Shown: positions 31,128 through 41,545, counted from the first letter of the stretch. The stretch is 64,000 bases of DNA from a bacterium (GCA_016125385.1 WGLV01000013.1:26006-90005); one strand, 5' to 3'. Notes: generated by a model from the letters alone, not told the origin. A program made the numbers and translations.

Positions 31128-32966
31128 TCAGGCTTCGCCACTCATAAGAACCTCTTTTAACTGGAGATGCGCTTCTTCCACCGCCTTCGTCAGAGCATCC
31201 ATCCGGCGCTGACACTCCACCAGCATCTGGTCTTCGGTGATGTCGCCCGGTCCCAGCTTGAGGAACTCGAACAGGGCGCGCGGCGCGGCGTATTCGATCA
31301 GGTATTCATCCGCCGGGTGAGAAAACAGCATTTTTCGCGCCTCTTCAAGCGCTTCAAAACAGGCTTCGATGTCACCCGCGCCCAGCGCGCGCATGCGTTC
31401 ACCCGCCTGGCGGGCGTCATTTAACCGGTCATCAAGCCGCTCGCTTAACTCGCGCCGCAACGCTTCCGCGTCAACAGGTTCTCGCTTCGCCGCTGAGTCC
31501 GCCTTTGTCAGTGCGGCGGATGGCTCGAATCCAATCGTTTTCGCCTGTTCGATCGCCTCGGCCAGCGTCATGACTTGCGTTCCCGGAATCTTGGCTCCGC
31601 CCTCGGTAGCGTCGATGACGCGCGCCTTCATGCGGGCGATGTCGTTCGCCAGCATGTGGATATACACAAGAAAACTCTGTACGGTGGGGACGGGATTCCC
31701 ATCGACCCCCTCCACCCAATACAGGTTTTCCCGGCTGGTCTTCTCATCAATCAACGGGACGTCGACATGGTCGCGGTCCCCTTCAATGAAGCCCGCCTGA
31801 CGGCGTAACGCGGCACCGGGCAGGTGCGTCCAGCCTTCGGCGGAATCGAGAGCGAGGTCCTGCCCCACGAGTATGATCGGATCGCAGCCCAGAAACTCGG
31901 CGGCGTACAGCCCCATCTGGGATACCATCCCGCCTTTTTTGATCACGCCCACCCCGCCCAGCCGCTCATCGAGCCACTGGAAAAAATCGTGTTTGTCGGT
32001 CATGGCGGTGAGCGGCCTGTCGAAACGGGCGGCGATTTCTGGCCGCGACTCGGGATCGAACAGCAGCCAGGGCGTGTCGCCGTAATGATCGCGAGGGAAA
32101 TGGCGCAGGTTCAGTTCGGTGGGGTCGACGGTAACCACCCAGTGCGGCTCGATTCCCTGAGCGCGTAATGGTTCCAGAGCGGTATCGACCGCGATGACAA
32201 GACAGTGCTCAGCCGCCTCTTTAAGCTGGTGCATGCTTTTAGCGAGCGAGGGGCCGGCGGCGGCGATCACGGCGGGAGCGCCGCGAAACGCATCGCCAAA
32301 ATCGCGTAGCCCGCGCGCACGGGTGAGCGTTTTCAGATTGCGCAGCAGATTACGCAGCGTAAGCGGGCCGTCTTTGAACTTGGTCAGCATCCCGCTCTGG
32401 CCCAGCCGCATGGCTTCCTGAACCTGGCGCTTCATCGAAGCCGTCCATTCAGGAAACGCACCCGCCGTGGGTGGATATTCAAGCATCGTGACCGAATTCG
32501 CCATCAGATCGGGAAGGTGAGCGGTCAGGCGGGGGAACGCGCCGGTCTCTTTTTCGGCGATGATCCACTCGACCGCCGGATCGCCGAGCAGCGCGGTCAG
32601 GTCCATGCGCTGCAGGGCGGTACGGAATACGCTGAGCGAAGGTTCGAGAACATACAGATGACGCAGACCGCGCGCCCGCTCGCGCAACAGCAGAGGGACG
32701 TACCCCAACCCGCAGCCGAACAAAATCAGGTTACGCAACGCGGCGAGCCCCTCTACGCTCTCAACAAACTCAAGCGCGTGCTCAAGAGGCCGCTCGGGGT
32801 GATGCAACGCAAAGGTCTGACCGTTGTGTTGCACCAGCAGCGTGGGGTAAGGCGTCGGGGTTTCACGCAACGCCAGCAAGGCGTCTTCTTCGTTGCTTTC
32901 GACCCGCGCCGCCAGCGCCGCGTCTCTCTTCTTTAAACGAATCAGATTTTCATGGAAGATAGTCAT
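31128..32966 (-). CDS. Motility-associated factor (Maf, DUF115) flagellin glycosyltransferase family
   Basis: FGCGLGY, AAAGPSL, AVDTAL, VTVDP, GCDPIILVGQDLA, IDATEGGAKIPG. Confidence 0.88.
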   Translation of the reverse strand: MTIFHENLIRLKKRDAALAARVESNEEDALLALRETPTPYPTLLVQHNGQTFALHHPERPLEHALEFVESVEGLAALRNLILFGCGLGYVPLLLRERARGLRHLYVLEPSLSVFRTALQRMDLTALLGDPAVEWIIAEKETGAFPRLTAHLPDLMANSVTMLEYPPTAGAFPEWTASMKRQVQEAMRLGQSGMLTKFKDGPLTLRNLLRNLKTLTRARGLRDFGDAFRGAPAVIAAAGPSLAKSMHQLKEAAEHCLVIAVDTALEPLRAQGIEPHWVVTVDPTELNLRHFPRDHYGDTPWLLFDPESRPEIAARFDRPLTAMTDKHDFFQWLDERLGGVGVIKKGGMVSQMGLYAAEFLGCDPIILVGQDLALDSAEGWTHLPGAALRRQAGFIEGDRDHVDVPLIDEKTSRENLYWVEGVDGNPVPTVQSFLVYIHMLANDIARMKARVIDATEGGAKIPGTQVMTLAEAIEQAKTIGFEPSAALTKADSAAKREPVDAEALRRELSERLDDRLNDARQAGERMRALGAGDIEACFEALEEARKMLFSHPADEYLIEYAAPRALFEFLKLGPGDITEDQMLVECQRRMDALTKAVEEAHLQLKEVLMSGEA

Positions 32967-33039
32967 AGTGAATTTCGTCAGTATACACGGAAACGATCGC
33001 CCCGGATACGATTCTCACCCATCTCGTAAAGGATATCTC

Positions 33040-33666
33040 ATGACGGAACCGCAGTGGCTGAAATGGGCGAAAGAACTACAGGCCATCGCCCAGACCGGCA
33101 ATCACTTCGCTCAGAACGATTTCGACGTCGAACGCTTCACCCGCGTTGGTGAAATCGCCGCCGAGATGCTCGCCCGGCAGTCGAACGCCTCACGCGAGGA
33201 AATTCTTTCATGGAACCTGAACGAACAAGGCTACGCCACGCCCAAGGTCGACGTGCGCGGCGCCGCCTTCCGCGACGGTAAAATTCTGATGGTGCGTGAA
33301 CGCCTCGACAACGACCGCTGGACGCTGCCCGGCGGCTGGGCCGACGTGAACGAAACACCCCGCGAAGCGGTCGAACGTGAAGTATTCGAAGAATCGGGTT
33401 TTCAGGTCAAAGCCGTCAAACTGGCGATGGCGCTCGACCGGGTAAAACAGGGCCACCTGCCTCACTATCCCCATCACGTATACAAGCTGTTTTTTTTATG
33501 CGACATCACCGGCGGCGAGGCGCGGGTAAACATGGAAGCCAGCGAGGTCGCCTTTTTCGCGCTGGAAGACATAGGCGATCTGTCCGCCTCGCGCGTCAAT
33601 ATGCGCCAGATTGAACTGCTGTTCGCACATCGGCGAAACCTCGCCCTGCCCACCGAGTTCGATTGA
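33040..33666 (+). CDS. Nudix hydrolase with Nudix_N domain
   Basis: WAKELQAIAQTG, GYATPKVDVR, intact Nudix box GGWADVNETPREAVEREVFEESG. Confidence 0.92.
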   Translation: MTEPQWLKWAKELQAIAQTGNHFAQNDFDVERFTRVGEIAAEMLARQSNASREEILSWNLNEQGYATPKVDVRGAAFRDGKILMVRERLDNDRWTLPGGWADVNETPREAVEREVFEESGFQVKAVKLAMALDRVKQGHLPHYPHHVYKLFFLCDITGGEARVNMEASEVAFFALEDIGDLSASRVNMRQIELLFAHRRNLALPTEFD

Positions 33667-33709
33667 ACGCGATTTGCATAAGGCCTCTCCGGATGGCTAT
33701 ACTGCCCTC

Positions 33710-33964
33710 ATGACGACAACATTTACCATTCTGTTATTTGGCCCCCAGGCGCAACGAGCGGGACGGCGCAAACTTCAGATCGAACTTGAAGCCGAAGCGC
33801 CCGCCTGCCGCGATCTGCGCGAAGCCATCGCCGCCGCCGCGCCCGAGCTGGCGGAAACGCTATCAGCCAGCCGATTCGCCGTCAATCATGAATATGCGGG
33901 CGAGGACCGCCTCATCTCGCCCGGCGACGAGATCGCGCTGATCGGCCCGGTGAGTGGAGGTTGA
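33710..33964 (+). CDS. moaD: Molybdopterin synthase sulfur carrier MoaD
   Basis: Ubiquitin-like; FAVNHEY...GDEIALIGPVSGG C-terminus; followed by moaE. Confidence 0.88.
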   Translation: MTTTFTILLFGPQAQRAGRRKLQIELEAEAPACRDLREAIAAAAPELAETLSASRFAVNHEYAGEDRLISPGDEIALIGPVSGG

Positions 33965-33967
33965 ACC

Positions 33968-34351
33968 ATGACGGTCACGGTTGAGTTTATCGAAGGCCCC
34001 ATCATTTCGCCTCCATGCCATGCGATCCCATCTGGGGCGGGAGGCGTGGTGATTTTCGAGGGGAGGGTACGAGCGCTGGAGGACGGGCGTCCCATAACCG
34101 CGCTGCGATATGAAGCGTACCCGCCGATGACGGATCGCGAAATGCGGAGAGCCGCTGAATCAGCCGCCTCCAGGCATGGATTGCTCGCCCTCCATATTGA
34201 ACACTCCACCGGACGCGTTGGCATTGATGAATGCTCGTTTCGCGCGATGGCCGCCGCTCCCCACCGCAAGGAAGCATTCGCTGCTCTGCAGGAATTCATC
34301 GACGAGATGAAACAATCAGTTCCCCTCTGGAAAATCCCCGTCTGGGAATAA
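33968..34351 (+). CDS. moaE: Molybdopterin synthase catalytic subunit MoaE
   Basis: GGVVIFEGRVR, LRYEAYPPM, HSTG, APHRKEAF, VPLWK. Confidence 0.9.
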   Translation: MTVTVEFIEGPIISPPCHAIPSGAGGVVIFEGRVRALEDGRPITALRYEAYPPMTDREMRRAAESAASRHGLLALHIEHSTGRVGIDECSFRAMAAAPHRKEAFAALQEFIDEMKQSVPLWKIPVWE

Positions 34352-34663
34352 TTCCCCACTTATATGCATTTCAACCGGCTACCTTTATAGACAATCTTTT
34401 TTCATAAAGAGCATAGGCTCTATAAAAACCCTGTTGCCAAATTACTTTTGATCTATTAGTATAGGCGGTGATTTAAAATAATTACTTGATTTTTCTCATC
34501 GTTGATTCCACACAAGCCATACCTTTTTTGTCAATCATCGTGGCGATGCACCCGTGCATGATTCTTTTGTGTAGGGGGTAACAGTGTATGGCGTGATTAA
34601 AACCCGCATTCTGATTTACGCACAATTATCTACAATAACAAAAAAAAAGAAAGGGTATACCTG

Positions 34664-36481
34664 ATGCTGAAACGTATTTCCGCCATTTTTGTGATGTCAA
34701 TTCTCATCGCCAGCGGAGCCTGGTCACAAGTTTTGATGAACGAAACGTTTGATGATGTCGACATCTTCGCCGGCATTCCCCTCAACGACGAGCAGACCGG
34801 ACAGCCCATCACCGATCCCGCTACGTTTGAATATTTCGCTCCCAGCGGCTGGACGGCGACTTCCGAAATGAGGCCGGAAGAAGACGGATTCACCGAAGAT
34901 TTTCCATTCCCCTGCCTGACCGTAATGGAACTTTTCCAATGGGTCGACCGGGGCAACAGCCGCGATCTGGCGGTTAACGAACGTGACGTCGATTTCTTTG
35001 ACGGCAACATCGTCATGTCCGACTCGGACTCCTTCGGTGATCGCGGATACCGAACCTGGTTCCGTTCGCCGGTTATGGAAAACGTGACGGCGCCGTACGT
35101 CCGCGTTAAATTCGCCAGCCATTACAAACATAACGACAACCAGATCGCCGCACTCGATTACCGCTGGGACGGTGGAGACTGGCAGCGCGTGTTTGAGTGG
35201 AGCGACGCAAACCGCAGTGATAACCAGGACTACCTCTCCGTTGAAAAGCACATCATTGACCGCCCGGACGGCGCCAAAAACCTCCAGCTTCAGTTCATTT
35301 TCGCCGGCGACGCCGATCAGGACGGGTACACCGATTACGACTGGTTCTGGGCGTTTGATAACGTCGTGGTTGAAGGCCTGCAGAGCGTTTCGTTCCCCGA
35401 TACGCCCGAGTTAACCGCGCCGGCTGAAGTTCGCGGCGTTCAAGACATCAGCATCACCGCTTCGGCCTATCATGACCCCGAAAACACGCCTCACAAAAGC
35501 ACGCAGTGGCAGGTGGCGCTCGACCGTGGTTTCACCCAGATGCTGATTCCCGCGGCGGACGACGACGTCAATCTGACCTCGTTAACGCTTCCCGCTTCCA
35601 TCGCTCCCTGGGGATCAACGATCTATGTCAGAGCCCAATACGTGAACGAAAACGGCAACCGGACCGATTTTTCCGCCATCTCCGAGATTCAGGTGCTTCC
35701 GCCGGAAGGCGTTCGCCTGCTGTCAGATGAATCGTTTAACGATGTGGCGGTTGGCTCGATTCCCGACGGATGGTCGGTGGTCAGTTTTAACGGCGGTGAA
35801 AGCGGCGACCCCGTTTACGACAACGCGGCGTCATGGGAAGTCGTGGATGAAACAACGCTGGGTTCATTCGGCGGCGACCGCGTCAACATCGCCGTTTATG
35901 ATGGCAACAGCATCTACGTCAATTCAGACGGTTTCGATCCCTATCAGGAATCGCACCTGTTCTCGCCATCCTTCGACTTTTCAAACACCACGAACGTCTA
36001 TCTCGCTTACTGGAGCAACTATGTCCAGAATCAGGACAACATTGGCGTGGTTGAATATACCACAGACGGCGGCGGGCTCTCGGACGCTCGCGAGGTAAGC
36101 GGAACGTGGAACCCCGTTGTGTACATGCTTGACGATGACAGCCAGGCGGAAGACATCATCTACACCGACGACACCCACACGACCGTTGACGTAGCCGCGA
36201 CGCTGGCGGCAGCGGCTGATGGGGCCAACCTGAATTACGGCGATTACGTCTTCGCGCCACAGTCTCAGGACCTCGCCCCCTATTTCTCAGGCCGGATCGA
36301 CGACAACAAGACGGAAAGCAAACGATTTGAAAAATTCCGTCTGGATAAGGCCGACGGCCAGGCGAACGTCAAAATCCGCTGGATGAACATGGGTACCAAC
36401 AGTTGGTTCTGGGGCTTGGACAACATCCAGATCTGGGGTGACGACGGCCAGACCTCGGTGCCGGACTGGTCATTGTTCTAA
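34664..36481 (+). CDS. Secreted acidic protein: two related beta-sandwich domains around an FN3-like domain, ending SVPDWSLF
   Basis: Signal peptide; internal repeat ending WFWAFDNV / WFWGLDNI; YVRAQY in the middle domain. Confidence 0.85.
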   Translation: MLKRISAIFVMSILIASGAWSQVLMNETFDDVDIFAGIPLNDEQTGQPITDPATFEYFAPSGWTATSEMRPEEDGFTEDFPFPCLTVMELFQWVDRGNSRDLAVNERDVDFFDGNIVMSDSDSFGDRGYRTWFRSPVMENVTAPYVRVKFASHYKHNDNQIAALDYRWDGGDWQRVFEWSDANRSDNQDYLSVEKHIIDRPDGAKNLQLQFIFAGDADQDGYTDYDWFWAFDNVVVEGLQSVSFPDTPELTAPAEVRGVQDISITASAYHDPENTPHKSTQWQVALDRGFTQMLIPAADDDVNLTSLTLPASIAPWGSTIYVRAQYVNENGNRTDFSAISEIQVLPPEGVRLLSDESFNDVAVGSIPDGWSVVSFNGGESGDPVYDNAASWEVVDETTLGSFGGDRVNIAVYDGNSIYVNSDGFDPYQESHLFSPSFDFSNTTNVYLAYWSNYVQNQDNIGVVEYTTDGGGLSDAREVSGTWNPVVYMLDDDSQAEDIIYTDDTHTTVDVAATLAAAADGANLNYGDYVFAPQSQDLAPYFSGRIDDNKTESKRFEKFRLDKADGQANVKIRWMNMGTNSWFWGLDNIQIWGDDGQTSVPDWSLF

Positions 36482-36519
36482 CCACTTGATACAAGGTTTG
36501 TTAATACCATGAAAGTTTG

Positions 36520-36549
36520 GGCGCTTCCCTTCGGGGGAGCGCCTTTTTT
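36520..36549 (+). terminator. Rho-independent terminator
   Basis: GGCGCTTCCC-TTCG-GGGGAGCGCC-TTTTTT. Confidence 0.85.
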
Positions 36550-36567
36550 CATTCCTGAAAAAAATGG

Positions 36568-36596
36568 TTGCAATCGCTTGTTACTTTATTTATTAT
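36568..36596 (+). promoter_or_regulatory. Putative sigma70 promoter of the prepilin gene
   Basis: TTGCAA-N17-TATTAT. Confidence 0.6.
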
Positions 36597-36872
36597 TTTC
36601 ATAAAATTAATCGGCATTACTGATTCATCGATTGTTATTTTGTTGTGTAACGGGGATTCAGATCCACAATTCGACAGATTAGCGGCATGACGCATCCATC
36701 AAGCGGATTCTTGTTTTTCTAATCGGCCTCTCACATAAATCTGACAATTCCAGTGCAACCTGACGCCCGGCGTCTCATACACTGAATTTACGGTTCAATT
36801 TGGCATACAGCGCGTTTGAAATCAGCTCCTGTTGATAACCCACCAAGCGCTCAACCATAGAAAAGAGCGAAT

Positions 36873-37496
36873 ATGAAGTCAAAAGCATTTACCTTGATCG
36901 AATTGCTTATCGTCGTCGCCATCATCGGCATCCTCGCGGCGATCGCGGTCCCCAATTTTCTTAACGCTCAGATCCGAGCCAAGATCGCCCGCAGTCAATC
37001 CGACATCCGCACCATCGTCGACTCCGTCCAGATGATGCACATGGATAACAACAAATGGCTCATCGACGGAAACGATTGTGATGGGACCGACGACTGCTGT
37101 TTTGACGGCCCGTTTATTGGCAAAGACCCACTGCAAACCACGGTTTCAGCCCTGAAAGGCAGCAATCACCACAATGGCCAGATTTACAAGCCATTGACCA
37201 CTCCGATTAACTACCTCGGTTCGATTCCCGTCGACCCGTTCGCCGCCGGCTTGTTTTATTCTTATGAAGACTGGGGATGCTCCAACAAAAACGGGTCATT
37301 CAGCGTCCTCGCCGCCGCCGGTCCCGATGGAGACAATGGCGACTGGCACCCCGATTATATGACCGTCGCCTATGATGGAAGCAACGGTCTCGCCAGCAAC
37401 GGCGATATCTGGTATTCATGGGAATTCCGCAAAGGCGATGGAACGCCGATCTTCAAAAAGTGGTTCAAACACGAAGGCTGGAGCACCCAGCAGTAA
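36873..37496 (+). CDS. Prepilin-type N-terminal cleavage/methylation domain protein (pseudopilin-like)
   Basis: KA^FTLIELLIVVAIIGILAAIAVPNF; C-terminal LTTPINY..DPF, AGPD, YDGSNGLASNGDI. Confidence 0.92.
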   Translation: MKSKAFTLIELLIVVAIIGILAAIAVPNFLNAQIRAKIARSQSDIRTIVDSVQMMHMDNNKWLIDGNDCDGTDDCCFDGPFIGKDPLQTTVSALKGSNHHNGQIYKPLTTPINYLGSIPVDPFAAGLFYSYEDWGCSNKNGSFSVLAAAGPDGDNGDWHPDYMTVAYDGSNGLASNGDIWYSWEFRKGDGTPIFKKWFKHEGWSTQQ

Positions 37497-37522
37497 ACCG
37501 GCGCCCCCAGCAGATATCTGAC

Positions 37523-37560
37523 ACCCGGATAGAGTCTTTACCGTTCTATCCGGGTTTTTA
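37523..37560 (+). terminator. Rho-independent terminator
   Basis: ACCCGGATAGA...TCTATCCGGGT-TTTT. Confidence 0.75.
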
Positions 37561-37744
37561 TATTCCACACGATTCCGGCGATCTCATCCTCTCCTGATTG
37601 AGACCGTTCGCCGGCGCTCTCCCCCCCTTCGCCCCGCCCGTTACTCCCGCCGCGCCCCGGCATTACAATTCATGTCACGAAACCAGGGTTGTGTTACCCT
37701 TCCCCGATAAAAACGGATTCCGGTTCCAGGATAAATAGTCGACC

Positions 37745-40700
37745 ATGAAAAAAATCGTTTTACTGATCGCTCTGATCGTTCACTTCGCCGCGCCCGTTCA
37801 TCCCCAGGACGGTTCCGCGCCTTACTCCAGAACCTTGGGAGGGCTGGCGGCCGGCGCGGTTCATATTCTGCCTGACGGCCGTTTCGGCGACATCACCACT
37901 AACAACAATTTCAATCATCCCATCTCGATGGATGAAAACGCATTCGCCGCGGTCTTCGCCAAAAACGCCAACCGGAAGGCGTATAAGCGTCTCTTCTCCG
38001 GCGGAGAAAACGGCGTTTCAGCAATTACGCTGAGCGGCTCCTACCCAGAAACCATCGTTACCTATGAAGACGAATCGCTGCCCGTTCAGGTAAAGTTAGA
38101 AGCGTTTACACCTTTTCAGCCCGGCGACGTCAAGGCGTCTTCAAACCCGGTCATTGTGTTCCGTTACCGCCTGACCAATCCATCCGCCGGCCCCGTCGAC
38201 GCGGCGGTCGCGATGAGTTGGAGCAACCTGATTGGCATCGGCGGCTCGGGAGCACGCGGTTTCACGCTGGATGGCGAATGTTCGCAGACGACCCTGAGAC
38301 GCGGAGGCGTCAATGGCGTGCAATTCGGCTATAAACCCGCGAACGCCTCGACCGTAGAGCAAAACGCGCTGGGCGAGTACGTCCTCGCCGCGCTGGACGA
38401 CTCCCCTCGCGTCACCCTGAACACGGCGTGGAACGCCAGCGGCGTGGATGGATTCTGGAACTCGTTCGCCGCCTCGGGCCGCCTGACGGAATCAAAAGAC
38501 TCTTCATCAAGCGGATCGAATCCGCGTCCCGCCGCCGCCGTCGCTATCAGCAAAACCATCCCCCCGGGTGAAACGTCCGACTACGTCTTCGTCTTCGCGT
38601 GGCGCATGCCCCATCGATTCACGACCGAAGGCGAAGACCGGGGCGCATACCCCGCCAGCGTATGGAGTTCGGCGTTAAAACTGGCCGAGACCGCGAAAGA
38701 CCGCTGGCCTCGCTGGCAGGAAGAGATTCACGCATGGAAAGAGGCGTTTATTCAAACATCGCTCCCCGAATGGTTTTCACATCGGCTGATGGATGGAATT
38801 GGCTTATTGTCCGATTCGAGTGTGATCTTTGAAAACGGCGATTTCGCATTTTTGACGCATGATCCGCGCTTTCCCGGCGCAATCGGCTCACCTGAAGAGT
38901 TGCTCGCGGCTTTCCCGATGTTGATGAGCACGTTCCCTCAACTGCTTGAATCGCAATTACGCCTGTTCGCGGCGTGTCAGCTCAGCGATGGCGAGGTTCC
39001 CAGTGCGGCGGGCCGGATTGATGGCCGCCTCGGGACGGGCGACGTCGCGGGCGGTTTCATGGGGCGGCCCGATTCGGCTTCGGCCTTCGTCCTGATGCTG
39101 TACCGGTATTACGCGCTGACCGGCGATGATGACTTTCTCAACGAGATGGCGCCCCACCTGCGCGCCGCGCTGGTATGGCTCGCCAAACGGGCGGAAGGCG
39201 GCGACGCGCTGCCTCATGGCCCGGCGCTCGACGCAGGCTTCGGTGAATCGGAAACATTGATGGTCACCGCCGATCTGTTCACCGCGGCGATGCGCACCGG
39301 CGAGGAACTCGGTTATTACAGCGGCGATCTGGAATTTCAATCGATCAGCCGGGCCAACACCCAGAACGCGGCCCGATCCGCTATCAGCCAGTTATGGAAC
39401 GGCTCCGGATTTCTGCAATCATTCAATCCCCAGAATCCAATCCGGCAGGACGGCGATCAACAGCCGCTGGGCGCCATGCCGGGAACCTGTTTTCTTCAGG
39501 CGATGGGCTTCCCTCCCGAACTCGGCGCGGATCGAATTCAACAACGCTGGCTCACCCGAATCGAGCGGCTCACATCCGGCGATGAGACCGGCTCGCTTCA
39601 ATGGGCCGAATCGCTCGACCCCGCGTCGATGACGTACACCGGCTTCCCCAGCGCCGCGATGGATTGGGTGCGTACATCCGCGCCCGCTCATGACGCTCCC
39701 TTCGGATCGCTTCACAACGCGGGGTTGTGGTGGATGAGGCAGGCGCTGACCGGAGCCTCAATCGATTTTCACCGCCAGTGTCTGACAGTAGGTCCGAACC
39801 CTCCTGAACCGGATAAGATATTTGAAGCGCCGGTCGAGACGGCGCGCTTTTCAGCCCGCATGAGTTGGCGGCGTTCGCCGCTTACCGGACAGGAATATTG
39901 TTCACTGACCTTCGACCGCGCCGATTCGAATCTGAAGATCAAACAGGCCGCGTATCGCACACCCTCGGCTGAAGAAGCCGAGCTGCGCATTCTGCGCGTG
40001 CTGATTAATGGAGAACCGGCGGCGGGTCAGGATTTCACGCGCGGATCATTGCGGGCGTTTGAGTTAAAAACAGCGCGCACCATCAAGCGCGGCGATGTGA
40101 TCGAATTCATCTTCGCTTCAACGGGAGGCGGCCGCATCCGGATCGATGCGACGGCGGAAACCGCCGTCAATCTCGGAGCGCGCTGTTCCATCGAAAAGAG
40201 CGGCGGCTCAAGCGGCGCCCTGACGTTTACGATTCAGAACCTGTTGCATACGCAGCAGATCGTTCTGCTGGAAATGCAGAACCTCGGTTCAAACGGCGCG
40301 CTGATCGCGCTCAACGGCGAGTCGCTGGCCGCGCCCTCGCAGGCGGGCGATGGCGTGCCCGTTTTGCTCGGAACCAGTTCGCTGTCTCCGGAAGACAGCG
40401 AATGGCTGCGGCGTACGCAGGCGGCCTGTATTGAAGCGACCAAACTCTTCGCGCGCGAACCCGCCGCCAGAGATTTGCTGGGCCGGTTGTGGGATCTGCA
40501 GGAACGAATCGACTCCGTGATCAGAGCCGACGCCGAACAGCGCGGCTTCCGCCTTGAGATCGGCGCGGCGGAAACACTGAGCGCGAGAGAAAACGACCGG
40601 AAACGCACCCGGTCGAACTCGCTGGTCAACGACTACAACCGCGCGCGCGACGCCGCCGCCGAGTTCCGCAAAAACCTGCCGCGTTACAACGCCGATCCCG

Positions 40701-41545
40701 TTCTGGCGGCCCGCGTCAATGGCTTTTTCGCTCCGGTCGATCTCAAGGCGTCGCTTGGTCCCACTCAACCGGGCGCGGCGCCGTTTACGGTCTCAACCGA
40801 AGCCTCATTCCCCCCCGGCGCCGCGCTCGACATGCGTTTGACGCTGCAATTGCCCGACGGCTGGAGAGCGGAAGCCTCCGGTCCGCTTCAGCCCGGCCCC
40901 GAACAACTCAAACAGGGCCGCTTCAGTACCGGGTTCACCGTCACGCCGCAAGGCGATCTGTGGAGCCGCCGCACCACGCTCCCGCTGACGCTGGCCGGTC
41001 TGTGGGAAAACGAACCGTTCCGCCGCCAGATCGATCTGGCCGTGGGACATCAGTTTATCAACCAGTGGATGATCGCGGGGCCGGTCTCGAACGAACGCGG
41101 CGAAGCGTTTTCGGCGCTGACGCCGCCCGAGACCAACATCAAACTCGACGAAACCTTCAAAGGCCTGAACGGCGCAGTGGGCTGGTCAAGTATGACGTTC
41201 CCCAGCGGCTACGTCGATTTCAATTCGATCTATCCGCTTGATAAACCTTCGGCGGCGTTCGCATACGTCGGCGTTTATTCGCCGCGCGAACAACCCGTCC
41301 GGCTCGAATTCGGCGCGGCGGGCGACATGAAAATCTTTATGAATTACAAAGAGATTTACGCGAAACGCCATCTCAACCAGCCGCTGCCTTCCAGTGAAAT
41401 CATGGTGACCAAGCTCTTCGAGGGCTGGAACCACTTTCTGGTTAAACTCAGCGCGCAGGAGCCGCCCTGGGGATTCTATTTCGAAATCGTCGACATTGAG
41501 GGCAAGACGATTCCCGGTCTGGTGTACGCGCTCGACAAAATCTGA
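37745..41545 (+). CDS. Large secreted GH116-like protein with additional C-terminal beta-sandwich domains
   Basis: N-terminal LGGLAAG..DGRF, YP, EAFTPFQPGDVKAS-NP (GH116 N-domain); YYALTGDDDFL and LWNG ((alpha/alpha)6 barrel). Confidence 0.7.
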   Translation: MKKIVLLIALIVHFAAPVHPQDGSAPYSRTLGGLAAGAVHILPDGRFGDITTNNNFNHPISMDENAFAAVFAKNANRKAYKRLFSGGENGVSAITLSGSYPETIVTYEDESLPVQVKLEAFTPFQPGDVKASSNPVIVFRYRLTNPSAGPVDAAVAMSWSNLIGIGGSGARGFTLDGECSQTTLRRGGVNGVQFGYKPANASTVEQNALGEYVLAALDDSPRVTLNTAWNASGVDGFWNSFAASGRLTESKDSSSSGSNPRPAAAVAISKTIPPGETSDYVFVFAWRMPHRFTTEGEDRGAYPASVWSSALKLAETAKDRWPRWQEEIHAWKEAFIQTSLPEWFSHRLMDGIGLLSDSSVIFENGDFAFLTHDPRFPGAIGSPEELLAAFPMLMSTFPQLLESQLRLFAACQLSDGEVPSAAGRIDGRLGTGDVAGGFMGRPDSASAFVLMLYRYYALTGDDDFLNEMAPHLRAALVWLAKRAEGGDALPHGPALDAGFGESETLMVTADLFTAAMRTGEELGYYSGDLEFQSISRANTQNAARSAISQLWNGSGFLQSFNPQNPIRQDGDQQPLGAMPGTCFLQAMGFPPELGADRIQQRWLTRIERLTSGDETGSLQWAESLDPASMTYTGFPSAAMDWVRTSAPAHDAPFGSLHNAGLWWMRQALTGASIDFHRQCLTVGPNPPEPDKIFEAPVETARFSARMSWRRSPLTGQEYCSLTFDRADSNLKIKQAAYRTPSAEEAELRILRVLINGEPAAGQDFTRGSLRAFELKTARTIKRGDVIEFIFASTGGGRIRIDATAETAVNLGARCSIEKSGGSSGALTFTIQNLLHTQQIVLLEMQNLGSNGALIALNGESLAAPSQAGDGVPVLLGTSSLSPEDSEWLRRTQAACIEATKLFAREPAARDLLGRLWDLQERIDSVIRADAEQRGFRLEIGAAETLSARENDRKRTRSNSLVNDYNRARDAAAEFRKNLPRYNADPVLAARVNGFFAPVDLKASLGPTQPGAAPFTVSTEASFPPGAALDMRLTLQLPDGWRAEASGPLQPGPEQLKQGRFSTGFTVTPQGDLWSRRTTLPLTLAGLWENEPFRRQIDLAVGHQFINQWMIAGPVSNERGEAFSALTPPETNIKLDETFKGLNGAVGWSSMTFPSGYVDFNSIYPLDKPSAAFAYVGVYSPREQPVRLEFGAAGDMKIFMNYKEIYAKRHLNQPLPSSEIMVTKLFEGWNHFLVKLSAQEPPWGFYFEIVDIEGKTIPGLVYALDKI

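Noticed and set aside
18266..36760. Shared 10-mer CAGTGCAACC in two structured leaders
   Set aside because: A 10 nt match is expected by chance in 64 kb, and the flanks do not align.
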